A program made the translations under genes and the position numbers. 64,000 nucleotides of DNA, from positions 62,001-126,000 of the forward strand of contig NW_026250447.1 in assembly GCF_024521635.1 (NCBI RefSeq). The letters run 5' to 3'. This DNA is from Tricharina praecox (Eukaryota). The stretch's first letter is position 1. Each line of letters begins with the position of its first letter. The notes beneath the pieces are model-generated. The model made no database searches, was not told the origin of the DNA, and worked only from the letters and a program-made list of their open reading frames with translations. Below are positions 62,512 through 64,000 of the stretch, in pieces.

Positions 62512-64000
62512 AGTAGAAAATGGGACTGTCAGCCGCTTAGATGGCTGTTTAGGAGTGATCGCCCATCATTATAGTAGATACCACATGCTCTAGAGATTTT
62601 TGACAGCGAGTGTTCCACCTGAGATCGTGGGCAGGGATGGAGAAATCAACCGTCCTGGCCGGTACATACCCGTCCTGACTCCTAATCGTTGGTGGTGCAG
62701 AGATACATCGGTTCTCTACGAGACTTGCAGACCCAACTGGGTTGCATGGTACCGTTGGAAACGGCGGTCCGCTCTGCTATGTAATCTGCCCGAGATCGGC
62801 ACCATTGGGAGTTGCCCAACGCATCATCCGATGAATCTTCCCGCAGACCGTTTGTGGCGGCAGACGCAGCAATGCACGCTTTGCATTAGCCGCGGCAGTT
62901 GTATGTTCTATCATACGACCAAATAGACGGATAAACGCAACCCATCATGCAGACACCCCGACGGAGGAGGTTAAATAGCTGGCGGCTGCGAGCTGGGTGG
63001 CCTGGAGAAGGAGAGGAAGAAGCAGCAACTCGGCAGCGACGGGCCGCATAGAAGTGAGTGACGTGGGCGCAGTGGATTCCCGTTTGCTGGCGGGTGTTTT
63101 CTCGAATGCATGCGTGTGAAATGCTGCTACGTGAACTCTGCAGGGCGGCTAATCAACGCAGCTGCACACAGCAATGCCCACCACTCCCCCGCCTATCCGG
63201 CCTTCTTTCGGCGGCGGGGAACGGCGGTAGATTAGTGCAAATACGCCACAGTGGGAGTCGCGACTCGCGCGTGCCATGAGCATTCACTCATCCCTTTTCC
63301 ACAACGCCAAAAAAATATTATTTTAATATGTGCGGCTGAGGCTGAGGTGGTTGCCGCATCGGGTAGAAATCAACGACCCCTGTGGGCCCACAGGAATTGT
63401 CACGACTATGGACCGTGCACGAAAAGTGAAGTGAGTGAGATAATGAGGATGTGTTTCTGTCATGAACGCTCCCTCTAAAGTTGGGCTTGCCACCAAAGCT
63501 TACAGGAACCGATCCCGCAAGATTGGGAGTCGAACCTTTAAAGTTTTCTTGGCATAGTGTATCGCGTCAGTTTCACGTATTCTACACGACGATCAGCCGC
63601 GGCGCACAATTGTCAGCAGTACGTAGGTTTGCAGCGCCTCCTGGTCCGTTCACCTGAGACGTAGGCTTCCCCACATACAACTGGCTCCCAATGAACTTAC
63701 ACATCATACGGAAGCAGACCAGCAACGCGAGCAAACATACCAACAGCAAGAACGAGCATACATACTGGCAGCAGGAACGACCATCTCGAGCGGCACAATG
63801 CTTCGTTCCCAGTATTGTGACTTCAGATCATGTTGGCATGCCGGGGAGGACAGCGTCCATCCTCGCCGTCCACTGAGATTTAGAACTCAAGCCAAAATTT
63901 ACTCTCCTGCTACTGATGAACGTATCCGTCATACGCACGTTTCTCGACAACACGTCCCCTCTCCGACTCTCGTCCCCCGTCTTCCAGCCCCCTCGTTCGG

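Overview
Eukaryotic DNA from a filamentous ascomycete fungus: GT-AG introns with CTRAC branch points, a Zn2Cys6 factor, HET and NLR genes, and PAF1. Pezizomycetes is a guess. About 14 protein-coding loci and one tRNA-Ala(AGC) sit among many small, decayed transposon fragments. The main theme is a non-self-recognition / innate-immunity neighbourhood at about 13-49 kb. It holds a SesB-like alpha/beta-hydrolase + NB-ARC + TPR NLR gene and a paralogous hydrolase + ankyrin gene that lacks the NOD domain but shares three intron positions with it. It also holds two head-to-head, equal-length HET-domain genes that share an 88-bp perfectly identical tract and flank a purine-rich satellite and the tRNA gene. 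Other genes: a tandem pair from an uncharacterised fungal family (one with an amplified subdomain, one with C2H2 fingers and a premature stop), an STL1-like sugar transporter, a multi-pass membrane protein, a secreted YcaC-like isochorismatase, a UPC2-like Zn2Cys6 TF, a short secreted tyrosinase, a GH28 endopolygalacturonase, a LaeA-like methyltransferase and PAF1. Mobile DNA includes at least 8 LINE 3'-end fragments in two subfamilies (poly-A vs (TC)n tails), two hAT-like MITE copies, and a Copia remnant whose 125-bp LTR is itself a long hairpin. Exon boundaries were read by eye and no database searches were run.
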